Shown one piece after another: positions 55,802 to 64,000 of a stretch of 64,000 nt of DNA. The DNA lies in the sequence record OK283619.1. One strand, given 5' to 3'. The notes under the pieces were generated by a model. The model was given only the letters and a program-made list of their open reading frames with translations, was not told where the DNA came from and ran no database searches. A program made the position numbers and the translations under genes. The DNA comes from Escherichia phage LPEK22. The stretch's first letter is position 1. Every line of letters begins with the position of its first letter.

Positions 55802-56080
55802 TCACGCCTCCACTTCTTCATCAGGATTGTATGGGCGTAATTCTCCAATTAACTTAGGGAATAATGCGAATCCAAATAAATTAAATGAACGCATGGTGCC
55901 AACCATACCCACTTCATCCGATTCGGTTACATCAGAAAGAGCGCAAAGAGGTATCCATAAATCTTGTTGACCTTCATGATTGACAAAAGCAACTTCCTCT
56001 TTAATAAAACGAGGGCATAAGATATCGAACAACCAATAGAAGAAAGTCAGCAATGAGAGACTGCGGAAATATACAAACAT
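55802..56080 (-). CDS. small membrane protein (92 aa)
   Basis: Internal ATG with GAGGGG SD; N-terminal hydrophobic MFVYFRSLSLLTFFYWLF. Confidence 0.4.
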   Translation of the reverse strand: MFVYFRSLSLLTFFYWLFDILCPRFIKEEVAFVNHEGQQDLWIPLCALSDVTESDEVGMVGTMRSFNLFGFALFPKLIGELRPYNPDEEVEA

Positions 56081-56122
56081 GGTGAACCCCTCGCTTGTTT
56101 GGAGGGAATTCACCCTCCAGAT

Positions 56123-57454
56123 TTATAGGCCCAATGCCTTTTCAAGATCATCTAAATCTTCAGTATAAAGATCGATGTCTTGCTTATTATTTAATTCTTC
56201 TCGTTGAACTTCTAAATTCTTTATCTGGTTCAACAAACGTTCACGGGCATCTAGTGTAATTGATGATAAAGACATCTTGAATAAATCATCGAGATCGCCA
56301 TCAAAATCAGGATAGTCTGTCTGGAATAACGCTTTCAGTTCCGTGAGGCTCCGGCGCATATCTGTAACGACAGCCCACCCAATGAATATGGCACGATTGT
56401 TCAAACGGTGTATTTTGTCGGTCAATTCCTTGATAAGATACTGACGTCTATCTTCATAGCGACTCAGGCGATAATTGAAAAATGGAAGCAACATATCTTT
56501 CCAACCATCGTAACGGTGAATAACACCATCTTCATCCCAAGCTGTCCACACGGGCTTATTAGCTGAGTAGAGGCGGAACATTTGTTCAACCTGTTCGTCA
56601 TTCAACTTAGACAATTCACCCCGCTTGAATACAACAGTGATATCCCAACCATCTTCGGTCGTATCGTTAGCATATTCAGTGAGTATGCCGGATTTGTACA
56701 ACGGCAACAACACTTTGGTCTCATAGGTTTTAGAGAACCAACCAATAGGAACCTCGGTGATGTTCAGAGTGGTTGCATTGACGCGGGTGAACAAACCACG
56801 ACTGTATGCTCTTCCTTCCTCAGTATAGCCTGTCTCTCCTTTGAAACCATTCCAGTACGGTTTTAAGTCCTTCGGGTCTTCGCCACGGAGAAGTGCTCTC
56901 AGGGCACTGAGCACGGACTTAACGCAGTGGCATGGGGTGTCGGTGGCATAACCCGAGCCGATACCATTGATACCATTCACGAGAAACATGGGCAGGATGG
57001 GTAAAAAGAATTTCGGCTCCAGTTTCTCTTCCCCAAGATAATTGTATTCCAATATCCCATCGTCCTCCTTTCGGAAGATCTTACGGATAACTTCAGACAC
57101 TGCCACTGAAATATAACGAGCGGAAGACGCTTCGCGCCCCATGATTGAACCAAACTGGCCATCGCGGTCAAAGTATGGGATGTTGTTCGTACCTGGGAAC
57201 CCCTGAGCCATGTTCACGATCGTACCGCTCATGTTCTCACCACCAGATTTGTAATTCGTGCGAGCGGCGGCGAACATGCCAAGGCGGTCAACAATCTCCT
57301 CCTTGTTGTATTCAAGAGCAGCGAAGAGTATCTTGCGCTGGCTTGGCTTCAGGCTGTCAATCAGCTGAGGGATTTGACGGATGCTGTTGACCACGGAAAA
57401 CTCCTTGTGGTCGGTGTTGACAAAGTCCGTTACAGTAATGCTCTTGGCAACCAT
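56123..57454 (-). CDS. DNA topoisomerase II medium subunit (T4 gp52-like, GyrA-type catalytic domain)
   Basis: LKPSQRKILFA and active-site region SSARYISVAVSE parallel gp52 as recalled; start placed at ATG after gp39 stop (GAGGA SD). Confidence 0.85.
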   Translation of the reverse strand: MVAKSITVTDFVNTDHKEFSVVNSIRQIPQLIDSLKPSQRKILFAALEYNKEEIVDRLGMFAAARTNYKSGGENMSGTIVNMAQGFPGTNNIPYFDRDGQFGSIMGREASSARYISVAVSEVIRKIFRKEDDGILEYNYLGEEKLEPKFFLPILPMFLVNGINGIGSGYATDTPCHCVKSVLSALRALLRGEDPKDLKPYWNGFKGETGYTEEGRAYSRGLFTRVNATTLNITEVPIGWFSKTYETKVLLPLYKSGILTEYANDTTEDGWDITVVFKRGELSKLNDEQVEQMFRLYSANKPVWTAWDEDGVIHRYDGWKDMLLPFFNYRLSRYEDRRQYLIKELTDKIHRLNNRAIFIGWAVVTDMRRSLTELKALFQTDYPDFDGDLDDLFKMSLSSITLDARERLLNQIKNLEVQREELNNKQDIDLYTEDLDDLEKALGL

Positions 57455-57455
57455 C

Positions 57456-59369
57456 TTATTCATCCTCGGTTTCAAATAGGCAAACATCGCTAAACCAGGT
57501 TTTGCGGTAATCGGCGGCCTCATCACCGAAGCCATTCTTCAGTGACTGCTTGTATCCATCGTCCAGCGTGACCGTCGTAGTATACGCATCCAGGTTGTTT
57601 AGAATACGCTTGAAGTCTTCAGTGCTGTTACCGCCAAGACCTTTCAGATATTTCTTCTTCGTGATCTTCTTGGCGTCTGGTGTCTTCAGGAACTCCTCAT
57701 ATTCGGCATTGTTCATGAATTCATGCATTATATTACCACACCACACGCGCATGTATGGAGTACGAAGGAGCTTCAGCCTACCCTGACGAACGTATTCAGG
57801 CCAGAACGTACAATACAGAGTTATTAACAACCCACGGATGTGAATGCCGTCGTCATCCGCGTCTGTTGCCACGACGGTCTGTGGATAGCGACTGATATCA
57901 AGCGGCTGGCCTGGCACAGCACCGCCGTGAATGGTGCATAAATTCTTGAATTCTTCGTTCGCCATCACCTTTGAGCGCGGGGCGTTCAGGCAGTTGATGA
58001 ACTTACCACGAAGCGGGAACAAACCAATTTTCTTGGTATCACGAGCGTTCAGGATAGGGTTGGATGCGCTATCACCTTCTGTCAGTAGCAGAGAACACCC
58101 ACTGCGGTCGCCTCTGGCGGTCGCCGGATAATACTTCTCAATCTCACGATAATCCCGTTTGCTGATATCCTTCTTCGCCTTTTCAAATTCGGCATCTTCT
58201 TGTTCATTGCGTAATGAAGCCAGTTCTTTACTCAGCCCTGCTGTCACGAACTCAAGCGCCTTGCGAATCAGTTTATCGCTGGGCTTGTAGGACGTACCAA
58301 ACTGGCTCACAGGAGTCGTCATGCGCTCCTTGGTCTGGCTGTCAAAGCGAGGGTTGTTGATGTCGGCGGCGATGAACAATGACATGTGGTTCTTGATCAT
58401 CGCTGGCTTCAGTTCGGTCTTGAACTTCTTAACCAGCTGAGGGCGTATCGCCGCCACAATCTGGTCGGCAACATAATCAACGTGAGGTCCACCGATGTGC
58501 GTGGCGATTGAGTTCACGTATGACGCATGCATGAACACACCAGATGAGGGAGTGATAGCAACAGACCAATCATCCGTTTCATCAACAGCCGAGCCAGCGT
58601 AGAAGTAATCAACGAAATGACCAAATCGATCAATGCGGATTTGCTTGCCGTTGAGAACAACCTTCAGGCGCGGGTTGCATGCCGCCACTTCGAATGCACG
58701 ACGGTAAATCATGAGCAGGTTGTTCTGGTCAAGCCCCTTAACACCCAGGCGCGCATAATCAGGGATCCAGGCAATAGTGGTGCCGAACTCTTTCGGTGTA
58801 TTGCCGATGACCGGATTGGACTTCTTGCTCATGTTGTCTTCAAACAGCTGAGTATAAGACTTCTTGCCGTCACTGGTAGCAACGCGGAACCACTTTGAGA
58901 ACACGTTGACGAGCGAAGCCCCTTCACCGTTCTGGCCGCCGGACTTCTGGTTGTTGTACTCCTCGTCCTCATCGTTGAAGTTGCTGCCCGCATAGAGCGA
59001 GCCAAACAACATCTCAGGGAGCCACTCATTGGTGACGCCATGCTTGACCACAGGGATACCCCCGTTGTCGGAAACGATGATTTGACCGTTCATAGGGGAG
59101 ACCGTGACGGTGATTTCCGTCAAGCCTTTACCCTCAGGGGTCTTGCTGTGGTCAACACAGTTGGTGATGATTTCATCAAACTGTTTGATCAGCGCAGGGG
59201 AGTACTCAAAGTTGTCACGGAAGATGACTTTGTCTTTGGTTGGGTCATACACCCACACCGTCCCCACAGACGAACGGATACTGCCCAGATGACGCTCTGG
59301 GCGAAGTAGGATATGCTCTATGTGAGTGAGCTTTTTGTATTTGCGTTCAATATCAATTTTGTTGGACAT
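57456..59369 (-). CDS. DNA topoisomerase II large subunit (T4 gp39 with gp60 region fused; GyrB-type ATPase plus Toprim)
   Basis: GHKL ATPase N-terminus, Toprim LLTEGDSA, 637 aa. Confidence 0.85.
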   Translation of the reverse strand: MSNKIDIERKYKKLTHIEHILLRPERHLGSIRSSVGTVWVYDPTKDKVIFRDNFEYSPALIKQFDEIITNCVDHSKTPEGKGLTEITVTVSPMNGQIIVSDNGGIPVVKHGVTNEWLPEMLFGSLYAGSNFNDEDEEYNNQKSGGQNGEGASLVNVFSKWFRVATSDGKKSYTQLFEDNMSKKSNPVIGNTPKEFGTTIAWIPDYARLGVKGLDQNNLLMIYRRAFEVAACNPRLKVVLNGKQIRIDRFGHFVDYFYAGSAVDETDDWSVAITPSSGVFMHASYVNSIATHIGGPHVDYVADQIVAAIRPQLVKKFKTELKPAMIKNHMSLFIAADINNPRFDSQTKERMTTPVSQFGTSYKPSDKLIRKALEFVTAGLSKELASLRNEQEDAEFEKAKKDISKRDYREIEKYYPATARGDRSGCSLLLTEGDSASNPILNARDTKKIGLFPLRGKFINCLNAPRSKVMANEEFKNLCTIHGGAVPGQPLDISRYPQTVVATDADDDGIHIRGLLITLYCTFWPEYVRQGRLKLLRTPYMRVWCGNIMHEFMNNAEYEEFLKTPDAKKITKKKYLKGLGGNSTEDFKRILNNLDAYTTTVTLDDGYKQSLKNGFGDEAADYRKTWFSDVCLFETEDE

Positions 59370-59418
59370 CGGCCTATCCCGTCAATGGTAAACACACAAG
59401 ATTATGTATGGGGTTGGC

Positions 59419-59997
59419 TTATAGACCAAATTTACCACGCCACTTTTCAACTTTGTGTTCTATGGCATGTTCTACTTTAACGATCGTGTTGATATGGTTT
59501 TGATTATACCCACACGCCAATTTGGCAGTATTGCGTATCAGATTTGAAACCAGGTCCACCATATTATCTTCTGAACGTTGAGGTTGGTTCAGTAAACGAG
59601 TGATGCGGCCTTTGTAATGATTAACCATCGCAAGATATTTGTCTATAGTTTCAACACCACTACAGAACCAATAATCTTCCAACGTATGTTGGCTGAGATC
59701 AGTTGTGTGATTGGCCGTAGCCAAAGCAAACACCATGGAGTCAAAGATTTCTTCTTTGGTCATAGACCCATGTTGTTGAACTTGTTGATAATCCACAACA
59801 TATAATAGATCCAGAGCCGAGATGATAACGTCCGCCACTTCACCGTTCAGGGGTTCGGATGCAGCGATTCCATAAAGCACATCTGATAGTTCACAAGACT
59901 CTTCCACGAGTTTGCAATATACAAACACAGGAGAACGATTAGGATCGCGCTGGCTGAGTTCATATGATGTATTGAAGATAGTTTTTAGAAAATTCAT
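59419..59997 (-). CDS. MazG-like all-alpha nucleotide pyrophosphohydrolase (putative)
   Basis: Acidic helix motifs KLVEESCELSDVL and EVADVIISALD. Confidence 0.4.
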   Translation of the reverse strand: MNFLKTIFNTSYELSQRDPNRSPVFVYCKLVEESCELSDVLYGIAASEPLNGEVADVIISALDLLYVVDYQQVQQHGSMTKEEIFDSMVFALATANHTTDLSQHTLEDYWFCSGVETIDKYLAMVNHYKGRITRLLNQPQRSEDNMVDLVSNLIRNTAKLACGYNQNHINTIVKVEHAIEHKVEKWRGKFGL

Positions 59998-60494
59998 TTC
60001 AAATATCCTTCTAGACGGAAGCGGTTAATATGCTGTATGATAAAATCCATAGAGTTTTGAAAACTGTATTTCCCCTGATGTTCATAAGCGTGAATCAGGG
60101 GAAGACGGCTGTGGGCCAATTGGAATCTCAACTTGGATGGCATTGTCAGCAATTTTTGACTCGTCGCTGCGATAATGTCTCGTTTAAATTTGGGATCATC
60201 AGGGGACAATACAACGATGCGTGACTTGGCCAGGGTTTGTCCAAATTGCTTGGCGTCGTTCCCGTAAAGACTACGCAAGTCGTCGTGGCGATATTTTAGC
60301 CAATACCAGTAGCCTTCTAACGAATTGAAATTACCATCAACAGTATCCATGGGATGGTATGCAAAATGGGAAAGGAATCTGCCTAGTTCTGTGCGGCTTC
60401 GACTGTATATGTTGTAATGGGTCTTGCCTTCACTATCCGGCGTCATACGTTCTTTTGGAACATTGAGTAATGGGAGCATGATATAGGGTCTCAA
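59994..60494 (-). CDS. hypothetical protein (166 aa)
   Basis: ORF. Confidence 0.45.
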   Translation of the reverse strand: MRPYIMLPLLNVPKERMTPDSEGKTHYNIYSRSRTELGRFLSHFAYHPMDTVDGNFNSLEGYWYWLKYRHDDLRSLYGNDAKQFGQTLAKSRIVVLSPDDPKFKRDIIAATSQKLLTMPSKLRFQLAHSRLPLIHAYEHQGKYSFQNSMDFIIQHINRFRLEGYLK

Positions 60495-60522
60495 ATCAAA
60501 ATTGCTGTGTGTGTGAGTTAAA

Positions 60523-60672
60523 TCAGATCTTTTTGTACGCTTTCAAAGCACTAATAACCGAGACACCGCCAAATAGAACTAACAATATGAATCGTTCCAT
60601 CCTGAAATCAGGAAGGGAAAGCAGTCCCACAAGGCTGTCTAAAGCAATCATGAACGTTACTCCAGTCAGCAT
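60523..60672 (-). CDS. small two-TM membrane peptide (49 aa), tentative
   Basis: MLTGVTFMIALDSLVGLLSL...FILLVLFGGVSVISAL; weak SD; competing plus-strand ORF looks less protein-like. Confidence 0.25.
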   Translation of the reverse strand: MLTGVTFMIALDSLVGLLSLPDFRMERFILLVLFGGVSVISALKAYKKI

Positions 60673-60761
60673 ACCCAACTTAAAGGAGTTGGAACCTCTC
60701 TTGCAACGTAACATAAATCACCTCCGATTCAAAATGGGGAGTTCTCTCCCCACACAGATAT

Positions 60762-61271
60762 CTAGCCCAGAAACACTACTAAAGTCAAATTTGTGAGACT
60801 GGTCCGAGCATCCTGCAACATTTCACGGGCAGCGGCTAAACGTTTTACATCATGTAGAGTGTCAGAGAACACGATTATGTTAGCCTTATCGATCCTGGTC
60901 CCCATGAAATGGGTGATTGTCGTCGTGCTCTCTTTCTTGTCGACATCAGGGATAAGTAATTCTTCGCCCGTCTGAGGGTTGCGGGAAGGATAGAAGAATG
61001 CATCACGTTCACGAGAAGTATGGAAGATGCCAAACACATATGCGTCGTTTTCGACCTGAAACTTTTTAGAAAGTAGTTTCTTCAGAGCGGCTGTATGTCC
61101 GGTCTGGCGGAGCATTCTGTAGTAGAGCATGTTGCCGGAGCAAATAGGGTCTATCACTCCCCTAATCTGACGTTCCTTTTGTATCTCATACGCATCTGCC
61201 ACAAGCTGCTGGATCATATCGACATGGGCATTCATGGAGATTTCTATTTTACGTTTGATCATAGATTGCAT
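60762..61271 (-). CDS. hypothetical protein (169 aa)
   Basis: ORF. Confidence 0.45.
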   Translation of the reverse strand: MQSMIKRKIEISMNAHVDMIQQLVADAYEIQKERQIRGVIDPICSGNMLYYRMLRQTGHTAALKKLLSKKFQVENDAYVFGIFHTSRERDAFFYPSRNPQTGEELLIPDVDKKESTTTITHFMGTRIDKANIIVFSDTLHDVKRLAAAREMLQDARTSLTNLTLVVFLG

Positions 61272-61332
61272 TTGGTATATCCTCAGTTAGGTTCCGCTCA
61301 TGGGGAACGGGTCCATTATACACCCAATGCTG

Positions 61333-61358
61333 GAAATGAAAAAGAGGCCGAAGCCTCT
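61333..61358 (-). terminator. rho-independent terminator (minus strand)
   Basis: Minus strand AGAGGC-TTCG-GCCTCT followed by TTTTTCATTT. Confidence 0.55.
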
Positions 61359-61580
61359 TTAATCGTCGTATTGGCCTGTCCTGAAATTCCATTTTCGTGC
61401 CTTGGATAAATCCAAATCTTTGAAAATGTTGCCAAAGATCTTTTTAAAATCAGACTCTTCTTCAAGATCTTTTGGTTTTTTGACAGGCTCCTTGACCATA
61501 CCGCCTTCGGGTTTCCCCACATCGGCGGTCGTGGTTGCCGGAGCAGAAGAGTCTTCAAGGAAATCCTGGAAGCTCTTCAT
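61359..61580 (-). CDS. hypothetical acidic/basic small protein (73 aa)
   Basis: ORF followed by terminator hairpin. Confidence 0.4.
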   Translation of the reverse strand: MKSFQDFLEDSSAPATTTADVGKPEGGMVKEPVKKPKDLEEESDFKKIFGNIFKDLDLSKARKWNFRTGQYDD

Positions 61581-61583
61581 AAA

Positions 61584-62405
61584 TTACACCACAGCCATTT
61601 CACAACGAGTAGACGTGACAGAATGGCCATCTGCATCAGAAACAACACACCAATATTCGCCTTCATTTGCGGCTTCAACTGCTGTGATAACCAGGTTAGC
61701 AGTGGCGGCGGTGGCATTAGTGCCAGCATCGATAACTGACCCCGCACCCCCAGGAGTATCAGAGAAATGCCACACATAAGTGTATGGAGTTGTACCACCC
61801 GCAGCAACAACACTAAAGGTTCCGTCTTGTCCGGAAGTTACGTCTTTGGTGGCAGGTAAATCAGTAGACAAAGACAGAGCGCCTGCAACTGTAATAACCG
61901 TAGAATCTGTGTGATTCCCTTCAACCGTGACACCATAAACCGTTACAGTTCCTGAAGCCAGCAATTTGAATTTACCACCACCGACATGTACAGCTTTCGT
62001 AATATCACCAGAATACCAATTAACGCCTTGATATGTGGCATTGGCAGGGGATACCGTCGCTAGCAATTCAACAAATTGTCCGATCTCCCCGCTGGCTGTA
62101 GCTGGAGTAATCACAAGTCCGGTGGTTAAAATGGCATTCGGATCGTGGATTTCATAAGATACTTGAAAGCCGATAGGCTTGGTGGGATCCACTTTGGTGA
62201 CACCGTCCGCTTGTAAATTGCTCTTGGTGAGCAGAGCGTCAAGACCTTTACATTCGGTCAGGATCTCATCAGGATCTTGGTTGAGGCTGGTCTTTTGCCA
62301 ACCCTTTGCAACACCCGTCACGACATGATTGCGTTCGGTTTCGGGTTTGTTGCGGACAACTTCCGGTGCGACTAATACTGTGATTGTTGGCATGGTTTCC
62401 TCCAC
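61584..62405 (-). CDS. Ig-like domain-containing virion protein (Hoc-like?)
   Basis: Ig-like signatures (TVYGVTVEG, EGEYWCVVSDADGHSVTS), Thr/Ala/Gly-rich repeats. Confidence 0.5.
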   Translation of the reverse strand: MEETMPTITVLVAPEVVRNKPETERNHVVTGVAKGWQKTSLNQDPDEILTECKGLDALLTKSNLQADGVTKVDPTKPIGFQVSYEIHDPNAILTTGLVITPATASGEIGQFVELLATVSPANATYQGVNWYSGDITKAVHVGGGKFKLLASGTVTVYGVTVEGNHTDSTVITVAGALSLSTDLPATKDVTSGQDGTFSVVAAGGTTPYTYVWHFSDTPGGAGSVIDAGTNATAATANLVITAVEAANEGEYWCVVSDADGHSVTSTRCEMAVV

Positions 62406-62764
62406 TCATCCAAATCGTTGTTCAGAGCCATCATCAGCTCGTTATCTGGTTCGTATGAACCGGAACATAAATCATCTCGCCAAACACCTAACGTCAACAG
62501 TGCTGCTTTAAGACGAGGATGTTGGTTCTTATCCGTTTTCAACACCAACATTCGACACACGGCTTCGGTTTCAAAGGTATTGAAAAGAATAATCAATTGA
62601 TTGATAAGTACTCGAGGACTTTTCCCTGGCACAAATCTTTTCAATGATTGATTAATTAGCGAAATTCGCTGAATGTCTACCATCAAATCATCTCTTGAGA
62701 CACCAGGGGTGATATAATGTCTTAGAGCGTACTCCATCAAATTGCTTTCGTCAACGATAGCCAT
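62372..62764 (-). CDS. hypothetical protein (130 aa)
   Basis: ORF. Confidence 0.45.
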   Translation of the reverse strand: MAIVDESNLMEYALRHYITPGVSRDDLMVDIQRISLINQSLKRFVPGKSPRVLINQLIILFNTFETEAVCRMLVLKTDKNQHPRLKAALLTLGVWRDDLCSGSYEPDNELMMALNNDLDEWRKPCQQSQY

Positions 62765-62796
62765 ATTGAATTATAATCAGCAGTTATACACTGGGA

Positions 62797-63210
62797 TTAT
62801 TTAATCTGCAGTTTTTCAGCCAATTGCGAGATTATTTCATTACGGTCAGTCGCGTCGATACCCAGGGGTTCCGCAAGTGTTTTAAGATCATTGATATCGA
62901 GCAAAAGAAGAACTTCAACTGTAATATCGGTTGATACCACAGTACCTGGTTTCATCGGCTTACCGAATTTATCTAACCCATAACGGCGCAAAGTTCCGGC
63001 AAGTCCGGTGAGTTCCTCTAGAAGCTCCTTAGAGCCGTCTTTATATTCACACACCCAACCGTAGTCACCAGCGTAGACAATACCGCCGTCGCCGCCCTGA
63101 GGCACGTTATCCACCACGCGTTGCAGATAACTGGGAAGTTTATTTTCTTCCTGTGCAGTGATTTCTTGAATGGTTTGGGTGTTTTCAATTTTCTTTTGTG
63201 TCTTCGCCAT
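62797..63210 (-). CDS. hypothetical protein (137 aa)
   Basis: Internal ATG with AGGAGA SD. Confidence 0.45.
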   Translation of the reverse strand: MAKTQKKIENTQTIQEITAQEENKLPSYLQRVVDNVPQGGDGGIVYAGDYGWVCEYKDGSKELLEELTGLAGTLRRYGLDKFGKPMKPGTVVSTDITVEVLLLLDINDLKTLAEPLGIDATDRNEIISQLAEKLQIK

Positions 63211-63484
63211 GATCAGTTCTCCTATAGACTGTAATATATTTACCACAACAATTGCAGCAATAAACATGCATGGAATATCCGTCGTCGTTAAAGTCACAGC
63301 CGCCACAACGACAAAATAATTTCACGAACTGGTCGCCTATGACTTCTCTCGGAGGAAAATTCCTGAACGAGTATTCCTTGAGTTCTCCATCAAATTGGAA
63401 TGAATCAACAAGGAACTTTGTTTTTCGGCGCAGTGATCCAAATGCCTGTTGCTCATACACGAAGTAAACATCTCTGGTTTCCAT
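63185..63484 (-). CDS. Cys-rich small protein (99 aa)
   Basis: FCRCGGCDF...YCCNCCGKY; terminator hairpin upstream. Confidence 0.4.
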   Translation of the reverse strand: METRDVYFVYEQQAFGSLRRKTKFLVDSFQFDGELKEYSFRNFPPREVIGDQFVKLFCRCGGCDFNDDGYSMHVYCCNCCGKYITVYRRTDHGEDTKEN

Positions 63485-63494
63485 ATCGACCTCA

Positions 63495-63525
63495 AAGAAA
63501 AGGAGGCCGAAGCCCCCTCTTTTAT
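63495..63525 (-). terminator. terminator-like hairpin (minus strand)
   Basis: Minus strand GAGGGGGC-TTCG-GCCTCC followed by TTTTCTTTG. Confidence 0.5.
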
Positions 63526-63537
63526 GTCAGTTCGCGG

Positions 63538-63981
63538 TTACTTGTATAGACCTTCAACATCAATGGATTTATGTTGGCGGTTGTATTCCGTGGTATAGTC
63601 ATCCAACACGAGATATTCACAGCAGCGGATTTTACTGGAGCCATAATCATCAGTGATAGACACGATATCTTTCGGGTTCAGTTTGCAACGGACAACGCGT
63701 TGTCCCAGGCTACCAAAACATTGTTTCAGATAAGCCAGAGAACAAACGTGAAGACCGTAAGAGCACAGATCTTTGTTGTTATCGTTCACGAATGAGCGAG
63801 CCATCCGAACAATGGTGCCAGGAGCATTACTAACTTTTCCTGTGCGCTTGTCCATGTAGTTACCGCGAACGGATTTATACAGGATGATATCACCGTCTTC
63901 ATGAATTTCGATATCCGAATATGCCATGAATTCATAGATTCGACCGGACTGAACCAGCGCGGCGCTCGGGTTTTGGAACAT
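63538..63981 (-). CDS. hypothetical protein (147 aa)
   Basis: ORF near window end. Confidence 0.4.
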   Translation of the reverse strand: MFQNPSAALVQSGRIYEFMAYSDIEIHEDGDIILYKSVRGNYMDKRTGKVSNAPGTIVRMARSFVNDNNKDLCSYGLHVCSLAYLKQCFGSLGQRVVRCKLNPKDIVSITDDYGSSKIRCCEYLVLDDYTTEYNRQHKSIDVEGLYK

Positions 63982-64000
63982 TTTGTCCAGGAAACGACCC

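Noticed and set aside
60509-60796. 95-aa plus-strand ORF in a minus-strand gene block
   Set aside because: Opposite strand to all neighbours and no ribosome-binding site; a small minus-strand membrane peptide (60523..60672) is the weakly preferred alternative
1-64000. Prophage or mobile-element boundaries, integrase, transposase, CRISPR array, rRNA
   Set aside because: None seen; the gene content is that of a lytic phage replication, structural and accessory region throughout

Overview
This 64-kb window reads as a contiguous, gene-dense segment of a large lytic tailed dsDNA phage (myovirus-like), with no sign of host chromosome or integration machinery. About 100 protein-coding genes are packed with very short or overlapping junctions (frequent ATGA / TAATG stop-start overlaps). 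All calls come from reading motifs in the supplied translations and DNA by eye; no database search was run. Recognisable T4-type replication, recombination and nucleotide-metabolism genes are present: gp46-like SbcC/Rad50 ATPase (5' partial), gp61-like primase, PhoH, NrdA/NrdB plus a glutaredoxin-like protein, gp32 ssDNA-binding protein, UvsX, gp41 helicase, gp30-like ligase, a putative gp59-like loader, fused topoisomerase II large subunit and gp52 medium subunit, and dCMP deaminase. Structural genes include gp25-like and gp5-like baseplate proteins, a minus-strand tail/baseplate block with a tape-measure-like protein, a gp4-like head completion protein and an Ig-like protein. An endolysin is also present. 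Gene order does not follow T4 synteny. The most interesting feature is a translationally coupled operon (30011-33378) encoding a P-loop kinase, a divergent thymidylate-synthase-fold enzyme, a gp1-like dNMP kinase and a gp56-like NTP pyrophosphatase, directly upstream of uvsX and gene 41. Together with dCMP deaminase and a second MazG-like pyrophosphatase elsewhere, this suggests synthesis of a non-canonical, probably hydroxymethylated and possibly further hypermodified, pyrimidine in the phage DNA; this is inference, not demonstrated. A minus-strand accessory block (48071-55848) carries a QueC-like PP-loop ATPase with a degenerate active site, a small metallophosphoesterase, a macro-domain protein, a DEDDh-like exonuclease, a bacterial-PH-domain membrane protein and many unknowns. 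Regulatory architecture is conspicuous: repeated terminator-hairpin plus TTTAC-N17/18-TATAAT promoter cassettes with a recurring TTCAATAA box and a near-identical leader, one exact T4-type late promoter (TATAAATA), palindromes enclosing TATAAT hexamers, a 16-bp tandem duplication, and a 12-nt poly-G tract. No tRNA, rRNA, CRISPR array, integrase or transposase was recognised.
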